Below are positions 49,630 through 62,909 of a stretch of 64,000 nucleotides of DNA, piece after piece. Each line of letters opens with the position of its first letter. The first letter of the stretch is position 1. The position numbers and the translations under genes are program-made. Location of the stretch: assembly GCF_030144855.1 (NCBI RefSeq), contig NC_082716.1:53382001-53446000 (forward strand), read 5' to 3'. This DNA comes from Hypanus sabinus. Its lineage: Eukaryota. The notes below the pieces were generated by a model. The model was given only the letters and a program-made list of their open reading frames with translations. It did not search any database and had not been told where the DNA came from.

Positions 49630-52460
49630 CTGTGATTTCAACACCTACCACTTACTGTGTGAAAAAAACCTTCTGCTAACATGTCGCTTAGACTTTCAAC
49701 CACTCACCTTAAGTGCATGTCCTCTGGTATTGACCATTGCCACCCTGGGAATATGATGCTGCCTGTCCACTCTGTCTACACCTCTCATCTTCTGACATAC
49801 CTCTATCAAGTCATCTCTCATCCTCTATCACCGCAAAGACAAAAGCAGTAGCTTGCTCAATATATCCTCTTTGGATATCCTCTAATCTAGGCAGCGTCCT
49901 GGTGAATCTCCTCTGAGCCCTCTCTAAACCTTCCATATTCTTCCTACAATGAAGCAACCAGAAGTGAACCCAGTACTTTAAATGTGAGTTAACCAGAGTC
50001 ATATAGAGCTGAAACATAACCTCACAGTTCATAAACCTAACAAATGTAGGCCAACACACCATACACTTTCTTAACCACCTCACCAACTTGCACTGCTGAG
50101 AATATCTTCTTTTTCTTAATATAAATATAAAAAGCCTTAAGATTCTTCTTGACCTTGCTCACTAATGACATTGCACCTTTTGGCCTTTCTAACCACTGGC
50201 TAGAGCACTTTGCAGCTCTCTTTATATTCAACATGGTTCAGTCTGATTTTATCTTCCTAAACTTATACATGCTTCCTTTCAATTCCTGTCTAAATTTAGG
50301 GCATACGATATAATCCAAGGTTCCTTTGGACTACTATCCTTATCCTTACTCCTTCTCAGAACATGCTAATCCTGAAATTTGATCAGTGTCCTGAAGCTAT
50401 TCCTAGTTAATTTCCTTTAGCTCCTGTCATATCCTATTACAATTTGACCTCCCCCAATTTAGTAGCTTCTTGCAAGATCCATCTAGATCCTTCCCCATCA
50501 TTATCCTAAAACAATGATGTGTGGTCACTATTCCCTAAATGTTCATCCACCATCAGGTCTCTCACCTTGTTGGCTCATCTAGCTGGACTCCCCACATATT
50601 GATTCAAGAGCCCATCTTGGACGCACGGAAGAAATTCCACCCTATCCAAGCTTCTTGCATTAAGGAAGTTCCAATCAATACTGGGAAGTTAAAGTCCTCC
50701 CTATTGTGCTTGCACCTTTTCATACAATGTAGTTCTATGTATCTGTTCCTTCACCTCTCAGTGACTATTGGGGAGCCTATGTTATAATTGCATCAGCATA
50801 ATTGCACCTTCCTTATTTTGGAGCTCCGTCCGATTGCCTCTGCAGATGAGCCTTCAAGTGTGCCCTCTCTGAGTACTACAGTGATATTCTTCCTTATCAA
50901 TCCCTCCACCTCTTTTACCCTGCTCTCTCTCATGCCCATAGGAATGAAGCCCAGGAATGTTGAGCTGCTAGTCTTGATGCACGTGCAACCATGGGGACAA
51001 CACGGTACTTCCAATGTGCTGATCCAGGCCAGGAGTTCACTTTTCCCAAACAAAACAATACAAACTGCACTTACTCAAAAAAATGGGATGTCACCAAGAT
51101 ATTGTGGCAGTTTGGCAAGCATACAGTAGGAGATTGAAATTGAGTTAATAAGTAACTTATTTATTTCTTTAAACAGTCTACGTAATTAATTCAGACTGTC
51201 AGTTGACAAATCAACACCACTGACAAGAAATTACAGGGCAGGGTTACGAGTAAACTCTTCTCAGAATTCCAGCCGGGTACAGGTAGGTCTGAGAAGAGTT
51301 TATCATCATATACATCAGGAAAGCACTAGATCCTTATACAATGCAGGTTATTATTTGGTAGGGTCCACTAAATCATCAGTGCCGTTATAAATATTTGAAG
51401 CCCATTTGCAATCTCTCTGGGACACCACTGTTCACACCTGCCAAGCTGAGGAGGACCCATGTGGAGGACATTACGTTTTCCGTCTTTTAATAATTACTCG
51501 ATCCATGCTAATAAATTGCCTTTAATACCCCGTGCAAAAAGCTTGTTCATCATCTTTGGCCATGGGACCCTCTTGAAAATCTTAACAAAACCCAAATAAA
51601 TATATTTAATTTACACTACTACATACACTGTCAAATTTTGCCAGCAGATTAGGCAAACATGATTTCCTTTAACGCCAAGTTGAATGCTCAGTTATGATGT
51701 TATTTTCTAACTTTCTTGACATTGCATTCGTTATTATAGATTCCAGCATAGTTCCAATTACCTATGTCAGGCTAACAACACAATGCGTCTCTACTTCTTC
51801 TCTCCCCATTCTTTTTTTCAATTGTGGGATTCTAATTGCTATGTAAAACCTACAGAACTGAATCCAGAATCTATAGAATTTTAGAAGATAATATCCAGAA
51901 TAGCTAGCTTGAAACATCTAGGATGTGGAACATTAGCTTCATGAGATTTGCCAGTTTTTAGGCTCATTAACTTCACAACAATATTCTTTTCATTAATATT
52001 AATTCCTATTCTTTATTTGTAAAAGAAACATAGTTGTTCAACATTTCTAGAAGGTTGTTTGTGTCTTCTTCAGAAAAGACTGTCAAAATATATTTGTTTA
52101 ATTCCTCCTTTTTCACCATAATTTCTCCCTGTTATGGCTTTAATGAACATCTGCTAGTTTTTTGTTTCCTTCTGGCATTTCTACAGGGACTCTTCGTCTG
52201 TTTTTAGGTTTCTCTCCAGATTATGCTCAAATTCTATTTTCCTTTTCATTATCAATTTCTTGGTCATCCATTGTTGAATTCTAAAACTCTCCCAGTTCAG
52301 ATTTACTAATATTTCTATAAGCAACATTATAAGGTCTTTCCTTTAACTTAAGGCTCCTTATTTTTCCCCAAGCTACTATTGGTCCACTATATCAGTTGTG
52401 TCCTTGTGCAATAAAGGAATATATATTGGCTGCAAATCATGTTGTTTCTTTAAATTGAGC
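49630..52460 (-). mobile_element. Old CR1 fragments (RT and endonuclease regions)
   Basis: ORF 49811-50086 (LYMTLVNSHLKYWVHFW..ERAQRRFTR); 50793-51053 APE-region remnant. Confidence 0.7.
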
Positions 52461-52540
52461 ATCAATATTACAGGACAAAACAGCGCTTCAGTTCACCATA
52501 TTGTGCTGATCTTTTAACCTACTCTAAGATCAATCTAACC

Positions 52541-53660
52541 CAGTGGTTTCCAATGTGGACAATATTGCACACCCCCCACCGTCCCGAGTGTGGTGGGAGT
52601 TTCTCAAGGGGTGGTAACAAGGGTGGTGGGGGACAGATGAGGGACTTCAGTGTTAGCTGGCATAATTCCCATACTGTAATCAAACAGTGATGCAATTCCT
52701 GTGACTTGGGGTATGGTATTCTGTGGGGTAAAGTTCAGAATCTGCCCATTCAAATGGTCTTGACCATATTTCTCTAGCCCATGGCCCAACCGAGATATCA
52801 CTGCCTCATTTTATGTACTTTCAGGTAGAGAAGCAGGTTTTGTTTGAATATTATGATATCATAATATCCCCTTTTATTGTTTGCAATGCTTGAGGTTGGA
52901 TTTAAATAATATGCAATTGACCTTAGTTGTTAATCTATAATGAAAATGGTAGAAGCAGATGAAATGAAAAACAAGTGTAGACAATATACAGTGGAGAATC
53001 AGAAATGTGGATTTATGCAAACCAGCACCAAGCAACCAACAGCAGTCAACGTTGTGTTGTGTCAAAAAGTTTTTATTCAAATGAGGCAATGGAACTGTCC
53101 AAGCTTCTTGAACATTTGAAGAGAATACACTTTGACAAAACAAACGAGAACTTATCTTATTTCAGAAATGGAAAACACTCCAAAATATTTTATGCCAGCA
53201 CTTCACAACAAAACAGTAAAGATTTGTGTGCCTCATACAATATTTCATTGGTTCAATACAATTGGAGAATAACTGATTCTGACAGCAGTAAGGGAGGTTG
53301 TGAGAATGATTTTGTGTAAGACAACAGACCAAATAATTAAAGCAATTTCATTCAGCAACAACACTGTTCAAAAATGAATGGAAGAAATGCCAGAGAATAT
53401 AAAAGGTGCACTGTGCAACATACTTAGGATAACAGAATGATTTGGATGAATCCATTTTGCCAGGCAAAAAATCTTTGTTTCTTGATTATGTTCACTTCAT
53501 AAAAGGGTTCAACAGTTGTTATTTTCAATGGGAAACAGATATGAAGGAGGCATCAATATTTTGGGTTGTTGATCAATTTTTCAAAGAGAAGAGCATTATG
53601 ATCACCAGCAATCTTGTTTGTGCAACAGATGCGACACCATTAACAACATAATTACACTGT
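52541..53660 (+). mobile_element. hAT (Buster/Charlie, SCAND3/ZBED5-like) transposon remnant
   Basis: Starts cagtggtttccaa; fragments KCRQY..SNEAMELSKLLEHLKRIH and DESILPGKKSLFLDYVHFIK. Confidence 0.8.
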
Positions 53661-55109
53661 ACTCAAAGTAAAGCTAAGGCCTTTTAGAATGGAGATGAGG
53701 AGAAATAAAAAAGTGGAGAATCTTTGGAATTTTGTCTCCTGAAGGGCTGATAAGGCTCAGTCCTCATGCTCATTCAAAACTGTGAATCAGTAAATCTGTG
53801 GACATTTGAGGAATTGAATAATAAGTGTAAAAGGCAGGAAAGTGGTGTTGAATAGAACAACCATGGTCCTGTTGAATGGCAGAACTGCTCATGGAGCTGA
53901 ATAGTTGAGGTCTTAGAGCCTGTTTTGCAGGCAATAAAATACGCAAATGATTCATGTCATTGTCCTATATTTTTGAAGTTACTACTTTCCTTACTGTTGT
54001 CATGTGTGTTTGCCATTCATTTTGAAGGTGCTATCATGCAGTATTGCAAATTCCAAAAATGATGAAGACCTGTAATGATTTAGATTTTTAATTTAAAGGG
54101 TTTATTTGTCCTGAATGAAGTCAGGCTTCTGTAATGTGCTTGGAACGGCATTCACACACTAAGTCGAGAACATAAATTTGCAATGTTGACATGCCTTGCA
54201 GATCCTGGAAAAGCTTTCCAAAGCAAAATGCTTCAATGCAGAATATATAGCCTCTTGTTGTTATTACAACTGTACTAGCCAGCATCAGTTCTGGATTTTT
54301 AATAGATCCTTAGGTGTTAATGTTCAGGTACTGGACAATAGTAATGCCACTGAATATCATCTAGAAGAATTGGATTAAACTTATAGAGATGCATATCACA
54401 ATGTAGCTTGTCATTCAACATTCCTAGTCCAAGCATTACTAAACGTAGGTTGAAATGAAGAAGCAAAAGGAGAAGGAGATGCTTGGAATAGAGGAGTTAG
54501 AGTAAAGAGGGCAGTGGGAAGCAAGGGTGTGAAAAAGGAGAAAGGAACAAGGCAATAAAGAGAGAAGGAAAGAGATAGACAGTAAAGGACCAATCTTTTT
54601 CAGACACAGATCAGACAATATAAATTGACTCCTTTATTTTAAGATCAACTTTCTTCACTGCCCACTTTCCCATCCTGAAATTAGACAGCATCAGCTTTGG
54701 AACAATTTCCCCACATTCTCAAGGGTAATTAGGGAATACTACATATATCTCTGACAGCAGAGGATGAACCCCGGATCTGACTCTGCATTAAATATTCTGG
54801 GCTAATATAGGGATAGAAATTATATCCTTCACAAGCTTGTGAACTATATGGTACTTGATTTAGACACCGCCCAATATTTAATTCTTTAGAAGTAAATGGA
54901 ACTGAATCACAGTGATAGAATAGTGCTTAAATAGAGTCATATGCCATATAGACCCACATCCCAGTTCCATTTACACCACTCGGTCTTTAAAATTGTGTCT
55001 ACATATTTATTAGGAAGAAATTTAAATTTATTAATTTTGATGTGTAAATTGTTTTGCCCCTAATCTCCTTTTGCAAGCATGGATTAGACCCCTTTAACAG
55101 AGAAGTAAA

Positions 55110-55800
55110 GGATATTGAGCTCCAACCAAGGGAGGATTCCTTGAAGGCTAATTTACAGGTTGAGTCTGTGGTGAGGAAGGCAAATGCAATTTTAGCATTC
55201 ATTTCGAGAGGACTTGAATAAAAAAGCAAGGATGTAATTTTGAGGCTTTATAAATTACTGATGAGGCCTCTCTTGGAGTATTGTGAGCAGTTTTGGGCCC
55301 CTTATCTATGAAAACATGTACTGACATTGGAGAGAGTTCAAAGGAGGTTCATGAAAATGATTCTGGGATTGAAGGGCTCTGAGCCTCTACTCACTGAAGT
55401 TCAGAAGAATAAAGGGTGTCCTCACTGAAACCTAACGAATATTGAATGGCTTAGAAAGAGTGGATGTGGAGAAGATGTTTCCTATGGTGGGTGAGTCTAA
55501 GATTAGAGGACACAGACTCTGAATAGATGGACAACCTTTTAGAACAGAGATGAGGAGGAATTTCTTTAGCCAAAGAGTGGTGAATCTGTGGAATTCATTG
55601 CCTTGGGTGGTTGTGCAGGTTGTCATTGGGTATATTTAAGGCAGACATTGATAGGTTCATGATCAGTCAGGACATGAAGGGATACAGGGAGAAGGCAGGA
55701 GAATGGGGCTGAGAGAAAGAAAATGCATCAGCCATGAGGAAATGGTGGAGCAGACTCGATGGTCCAAATGGCCTAATTCTGCTTCTATATCTAATGGTCT
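55110..55800 (+). mobile_element. CR1 3' end
   Basis: KANAILAFISRGLE..LEYCEQFWAP..FFSQRVVNLWNSLP; 3' UTR. Confidence 0.88.
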
Positions 55801-56639
55801 TAAAACATCCAAATTGCTTGATACAGCAATTTCAAATTATGCATACAGCATATTTATTCATTGTTCTGTTAAAATGTGGTCTAATGTGGATTATTTTGGA
55901 GATATTAAAATGACATAATCCTCTTTGGAGATGGATGAAGAAGTTGGCTGAAGTTTTGTTTGCTGCTGGGTTACTTCCCCCTTATCTTCCCCCTTCTCTC
56001 TGCGCTGGCAAGATTACAGCAGGATTGCAATAGTATTCTTAAAGATCTCAAGGATATATATATTCAGGAGGAAAAATTGGTAATCCAGGTTCTAATAGAA
56101 AAAAACATTTTTTTTAAACTGCGATGAAACACTTGGTTGTAGACAAGATTTTTTCTGTCACTTCCAGCTTCCCCAGCCTTTTGAGCAGTAGACTGTTCCC
56201 AAATAGTGAGATTTATGTTTCTTTAGATAATTCATTTGCTATTTTTTGTTTTCTTTCCAAAATTATCTTCTAGGGTTAGTAGACCTCAGTTCTGGCTTGT
56301 TCCAAAACTGGAATGTGTTTATTGTTGATAATTGCCAGCAAAAAAAATGATTCCTTGGGCAATTATACTTTTTCTACAACTTCTACTGATTTTTTTTTAT
56401 CTTAATTGTGCTTCAGGATCTGTTGGAACTTGTGACTTACAATTTGGAGTTCAATTGAGTGATCTAGTGCTGTATTGTCCTCAACAAAATTCCAGGAGAA
56501 TACCCCAAGCACAAACTGCCCGGAGGAGAAGACAAAAGATGGGTTTCAGAGCCATGAATTACTCAATTTCTCACCAATCAAAGCATTGAGATGAATGTGG
56601 AAGAGGCCGGGTTGGCAATCACACTCCATTGAAGGATTG

Positions 56640-57152
56640 AGTTCAAGCAGTCGTTTTCTTCAATACTGGTGGAGGATGTTTTCGAAATTCTGAGAGTTAT
56701 GTGACCATTGTTGCCGAGTGTAGTTTGCATTGGTCTCCTTCAGTTTTCTGTGTTTTCTTCTTTGCTGTCAATTAGTGGGTTGGGTGTTTAGGGTTTAGGA
56801 GTTTAATGTTAGTTTTTGTGCGAGAAAGGGGTTGGGGAATTGCGGTCGGATGCCCTTGTTAGTGATTTTCCATGTGGGGGATCTGTTAGTTTTTTGGGGG
56901 TTTGATGTTATTGTCACTTTTTTCCCCTTGTGGTCAATTTGATAGTTTTTATGTGAGGGAGGGTTTAAGGGTTTTGAGCTTTCCAAGTTTTTGTTTCTTT
57001 TTCTTTTTCATACAGGGGAGGGGGTGTTGATGGCTTTTCTTTCAATGACTTCTATGTTTCTTTCTTACTTCATGGCTATCTGGAAAAGACGAATCTCAGA
57101 GTTGTATTCTGCATACATAGTTTGATAATAAAATAAACCTTTGAACCTTTGA
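56640..57152 (+). mobile_element. LINE 3' UTR fragment
   Basis: Ends gataataaaataaacctttgaacctttga, similar to the other Rex1-like tails. Confidence 0.55.
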
Positions 57153-57182
57153 TCTGTCTTTGGAAAGTTTATTGATCATTGG

Positions 57183-57925
57183 TGTAATGCCCCGGTTAAT
57201 ACCCTTACTGCTAATGCTGTAGGGTGTTTCATTTAGTAGATTTCTGTAAAAGCAGTGTGTCCTGTTGGTGGAATGTTTGGTTTCGGCTGAAGATAAGGCA
57301 TAATGATGTTCAGCTTAGGAATAATGTGTCAGCCAATCAGGTTGGTGGAATTGGGAGAAGGTTCTAGGGATGGAGAGAGGTTTGTGATGGACACTGGTGG
57401 GGTTTGTGGTCTTTTGGTGGGAGAAGTGGAGAAAAGAAGATCAGGAAGACAGCCCGTAGGATTCTATCCAATGCAAGGAGTGGTTCACGAGATGAATAAG
57501 TCCAAGGTAGGAATTTCTACCGGTGATTGGTGATGAGAATTCAGCACCATGAGTAACAGTCATACCCAGCCTTTGGGAAATATGAGGTCCAACATATATG
57601 CACACTTAGACTGGTTTAATTATAATGAGACTTTTATTTTTTCTCTTAATAATTGTTTGATAAAGCTGAACTTAGTGAATACACTTTCTTTAAATTGTAT
57701 GCAGTGTACAATCTGTTATTTCTTCTGAACGGATAATTGTGCATGGGCAGTACTTACACAGCATTTGCTCAAATCGAGGTTCCATTAATCGAAACATCAA
57801 ACTTTCACGCTGAACCTAAACGTATATTGTTTAAGAAAGGTAGCCCTGTCACTGCAGAGTCATGTGGCTGTTAGCAGAGTTCACTATTGAGCCAAGTTGC
57901 ATGTGAGCACAGTAAGGGGATTACA
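57183..57925. mobile_element. Solo LTR (about 743 bp)
   Basis: Inverted termini tgtaatgcccc...ggggattaca; flanks ttgg/ttga (4-bp TSD, 1 mismatch). Confidence 0.7.
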
Positions 57926-59403
57926 TTGAGTAATTAAGAAATTGATTCCAAAATTGCACATTAACTGTTAATTGCTATATGCTTAAATATAAAGTCATTT
58001 ATCAAAATGGTTTTGTTGATAAGAAATCATGACACGTTTACATTGGCAAAGTGCAGAGAAGATGTTCTCGTTAGCAGCTGGTCTAAGGACCTGAGGATAC
58101 ACATTTAAAGCAGCTGGCAAAAGACAAAAAGGAGATATGAGGCAAAGCACCTAGTCTTAATTAGAATGTGTTAGAAACAGAGTCAATCATGGGTTTTAAG
58201 AAAATTTTATGTGCACTTGAGAGAAAATGATTTGCAGGGTTTCAGAGATTGAGCGGAAGAACAAGATTTACAAAATTATGTGCAGAGATGATGTAGACTT
58301 GATGGAGTAGAAGACCTTCTTGGCTGTAGGAATTTCATGATGCCAAGAACAACATTCAGTAGAAAAACACATGAAAACCAATGAATACTTAAAATCTGAA
58401 ACAAAGCAAAAATAAAACATGAAATACATCAATTGGTATATGAAAGCAAAAAGAATATTAATATTTTAGTTGGAATCTTTCAAGTATCCCTTGTTTTCCT
58501 TTTTAAAAGCTGGCTGACTTCCTATGCATTTCAGTATATTAATCGTTTAATATCAAGGCTGCTCATGGATACTTAAAGATACTTAGTGTATGTTTACTTT
58601 CTCTGAATTTTGCATTCATTGTAACTTCAGATTTATTTTGTCTTAATATAATGAATACTTCCTTCAATATAGTGACCATTTCACAGATTACCATGCTGCA
58701 ACAAAACTTTACTAGATTTCACAGTGTTTATGTATGTGTGTGTGGATTTGTGTTCACATCAGTGTGTGTGGGTGTGCAAATGGAAGATGTTCTAATTTAG
58801 TCTTTTTCCTCACAAGAGGTGAGCCGAAACAGTAAACTCAATTCTGACTCCGCATAGTATAAAACAGATGCACTCAAGCGGAGCACCTGTTAAAAAATCA
58901 GGAGTGTTGTAGAATGGGCTGCCAATAATCTTATGATAAATATTGTCACAGAAAGTAAAGACCATGTCATAAGACACTAATAATGAAAAGTTTACAGTTT
59001 TCCTTACACTCCATTATGTTTCCTATCTGTTAAAGAGAACACTGGTAAATATCATTACTGTGGTGATATGCCACTTCTGCATATGTGAGGCAAGCATAAC
59101 ACTTCAATAATTAAAGCTAATAATTATTAATTTGATTATATTTGGGCATGAAATTTTATTTTTGAGAATATCTGTCAATTGTACATCACTGAATAGGGCA
59201 AAATTATCATTTGAAAGCTATGGACCGCCTTATGAGGAAACAAATTTGGAACAGAATGAATGAGGCCTATTATGGATGATTATTCACTTAAAAAAAAGCT
59301 GTGTTCTCACAAATGTCGATGATTGACCTGAAAATAACATGGCAGGTTCCCTATCAGAAATGTGATGCTGTTTAGTGGTTGACATTATTTTGAACCCACT
59401 TAC

Positions 59404-59412
59404 TTCAATGGT
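59404..59412 (-). other. Candidate 9-nt microexon (ACCATTGAA)
   Basis: Minus strand cttaattgactccccctctcccgcaAG|ACCATTGAA|GTAAGTgg within about 1.5 kb of mostly repeat-free sequence. Confidence 0.45.
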
Positions 59413-59899
59413 CTTGCGGGAGAGGGGGAGTCAATTAAGTTTGTGCCTTTGACATTGAGAATGAAAGATCCATATGAAAACTGATGTCCTGAAGGCATTT
59501 CTGTCCATAAATTAAACAGCCTATGGAAACAGAATTTGTAATTCAAATTCTATCACATTGCTTGCATGTGTTTTTTCTGGATTTGATCTCTGGATGCAGC
59601 TTTGAACTTCAATGGACGCCAATGCCTACAATGGCTTGTACTTAATTGTACTTGCATAGTTTTCCCACGTACATATTCAAGATTATGCACGTTATGTTAC
59701 CTGTACACATACACAGTGGCCACCTGTACACCTGCTTGTTAGTGCCAGTCTCATGGCAGCAATCCAATGCGATAAAGTAACAGTCATTTCCTTGTTCCTT
59801 TTATTTTAGCTGGACAACAATATAGATTTTCTACTCAAAAAAAAGGCCTGTTAATTCAAGTGGTTAAAAATGATGAATTGGTAGTCCCAGATATCTGAG

Positions 59900-60860
59900 T
59901 TTTGCTGTTGCATAGGTAAACAATTTAGACAAAGAGTGCTCAAATGCAGATTACACGCAAAGAGATCTTAATCAATTAGGGAAATGAGCTGAGGAATAAT
60001 AAATTGATTTCAATTTAGAAAAGTGTAGGGTCAGAATCAGAAACAAGTTTAATATTACCAGCATATGTCGTGAAACTTGATGCATTTTGGGCAGTTAAAC
60101 CCAGGTTGGACTTGTACCTATGACTGTTACAGAAATAGGTAGATATGACTGTAACATAGTCATAGCTACCTATGACTGTTACAGAAAGAGGTGCCTGCAA
60201 GTCCAGCTGCACATTTCTCTAAAAACAGCTATGTTAGTGGACAAGGTGGTGAAGAAGACATTTAGAATGCTGGTCTTCATCAATCGGGGCACTGAGTTTA
60301 GGAGTAAGGTCATAATGTTGCACTTAATAAGTCGCTGAGAAGGCCACACTTGGAGTATTGTGTACATTTTTGGTCACCCTGTTACAGGAATGACATTGTC
60401 AAGCTGAAAAGGGTGCAGGAGGGATTTATAAGGATATTGCCTGAACTAGACGGACTGAGTTATAGGGAGAGGTTGGCTGTGCTGGATCTTTATTCCCTGG
60501 AGTGCAGGATAATGAGGAATAACCTCAAAATAATTTATAAAATCATGATTGGTATAGGTAAAGTGAACAATCGTAATCTTTTCCTTGGGGCCATGGAGTC
60601 CAAACTGGAGGACACTGATACAAGTAAGAGGAGAGAGATTTAAAGGAGACCTGAGACAGAAAGCAATGAGTACCTGGAATGAGCCATCAGAGGAAGTGGT
60701 TGAGGTGGCTACAATTGCAACATTTAAGAGGCATTTGAATTTGGTACATGGAAAAGAGGAGCTTAGAGGCTTATAGACTGAACACAGGCAACTGCAACTA
60801 GCAGTGAAACGCTGCATTTGGCCATTTGGTCTGAAGGTCTTGTTTTCATCCTGTTTCTGT
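59900..60860 (+). mobile_element. Old CR1 3' fragment
   Basis: ORF 60350-60643: EYCVHFWSPCYRNDIVKLKRVQ. Confidence 0.85.
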
Positions 60861-62909
60861 GCTGGGTTACAAAAAAATTAGGATGTGAAGTGAAAAACAA
60901 ATCTTCCTTAACACATTACTCGAAGAATGGTGGCTGTAAACATAAAATCGTGGAGCAGAATGGATAAATTCCAAATTAATTGTTCTCTGAATTGAACAAG
61001 CCAAGCTCAAGCAAGAGAGATTTATAGTAAATGAAAAGAAATCATGTCCAGTAGAACAATACAGGCACTTCTCCCTCTTTTAAAAGTGGATAGCAGATCA
61101 CTAACAAAAGTGTTTGGAAATTAGAAATAATGTTTCCCAACATATTGGTCATAAATATGAAATATTTATTGCCTGGACAACAATTTTAAATCCACAACCA
61201 GGATGTGTGCATCATTGACATTTAATTCTCTCCTCTAATTGCTTTGTGAGATTCACAAGAAGAAAGCCACTGAAAGAACATAATGGGTCAAGCAACCTCC
61301 AAGCAGACAGAGTGTCCATGAGCCATGGAGAGACTCCCTCCAGCCTTTCTCCTGTCAGGAAACCATCCCCCTTTCTCTGTTTTGCTTTCTCTATTACATT
61401 GAATCTCAAGATGAGGCTTTTACTTCAAAGTGAAGCATTTGCAGTTTCTTGTGTCTCCTCTAGGCTTCTCTGGTGTGTTCTGTGTAGGATCTGCCTGGTC
61501 TTTACCAATCAGTTTCAAGCAGATGATCTAGTTTCCTCAGACATCCCAAGGCGTGCTGGCTTGGCTTATTTACAAGTGGATATTCCCTAAGTAGAAGTAA
61601 CTGACAATAAAGGGAAGTATAGTAAGAGGATATGTAATAGAGGGAAATAAGGAGAGGAAGAAGTGAAAGGATTACCCTTTTGAGATCCAGAAATAGGAAT
61701 AATGGTCTAAACTGTTATAGTAAGTTAGTCTCTTGTTTGAATTAGTGGAACTTAAATTGACAGCCCTTGCTGTCCTTTTCCATCTGAGAAAGTTTGCAGG
61801 TCTGAAAGCAGTTGTCAAAAAAATCTTTGATATATTGCTGCAGTGCATTTTATGAATAATGTATGATTCATGGTTGGTGGGCTAGTGGCAAAAGAAGTGA
61901 AGGTTAAGGATGAAAGTGGATTGCTGCCAATTACTCAATCAATCCATCAGCAAGCTCATTTGTCCTGGATGGTGTCAAGAATCCTAATTGCTGTTGGAGT
62001 TGGACTCATCCAGACAAGTGGAGAGTATTCCATCATATACCCGATATGCCTTGAAAATGATGGAAAAGCTTTGCAGTGTCAGTGGTGAGGATTTTACTGA
62101 ATGATATCCAGTCCTTGATGTCCTTTTTTAACCATGGAATTTATATGCCTGATGGAATTAAAGTATTGATCAATGGGATGCCGAAACATCAATGGTGTGT
62201 TACTGGACAATTGTTAAATATCAAGAGAAGGTGGAATCTCTCCATCAGTCATGTCTGAGCAGTGTCTATGTCTTGCTTCATTGTCCAAGGTGTTATGTAT
62301 AGAACTGGTTGTAGTGTAACTGACAGCGAAAATGCCCACTTTTGTGAAATGTGAAGGGCTTTGCAGAATCAGCAATAGGTGGTTTTGACAAAAAGCCCAG
62401 ATTTTAGCTCCTGGCGAGAACCTACCCAAAATGTGAGGAGAGCAGATTTTAAATCCTAGATCTGATCTGCATAACCCAATGCTGACTGCCAGCTGGTGGA
62501 ATGGCAGCTCCATCATCTACCCACAAATAAAACTGCGGAGAAGGATCAGTCTGCCATCAGAGTCTGGCAAAAAGGGTCCATAATTTTAGGTTTGTCATTG
62601 GTAAAGATAAACGTTAGCGAGTCTCGTGATCTAATTAGTGTTGATTGATGGCACAATATATTTGTACTTTAGCCACCATTTGTCAGACATACTGAAATAG
62701 GTTACAAACATGTCTTGTTAGAAAATTAAACAATTATTAATGTGATAATTATCTTCAGTAGATATATTCAGATTACACAATTAACATAATTCCATTCATT
62801 TATAGACATATCTCAAATCACTAGATGAATGTACCACTAATAATGCACATGAGATTCATATATCATCACACGATATCCATGATACCACATAAAAATCTGT
62901 ACAGCCACC

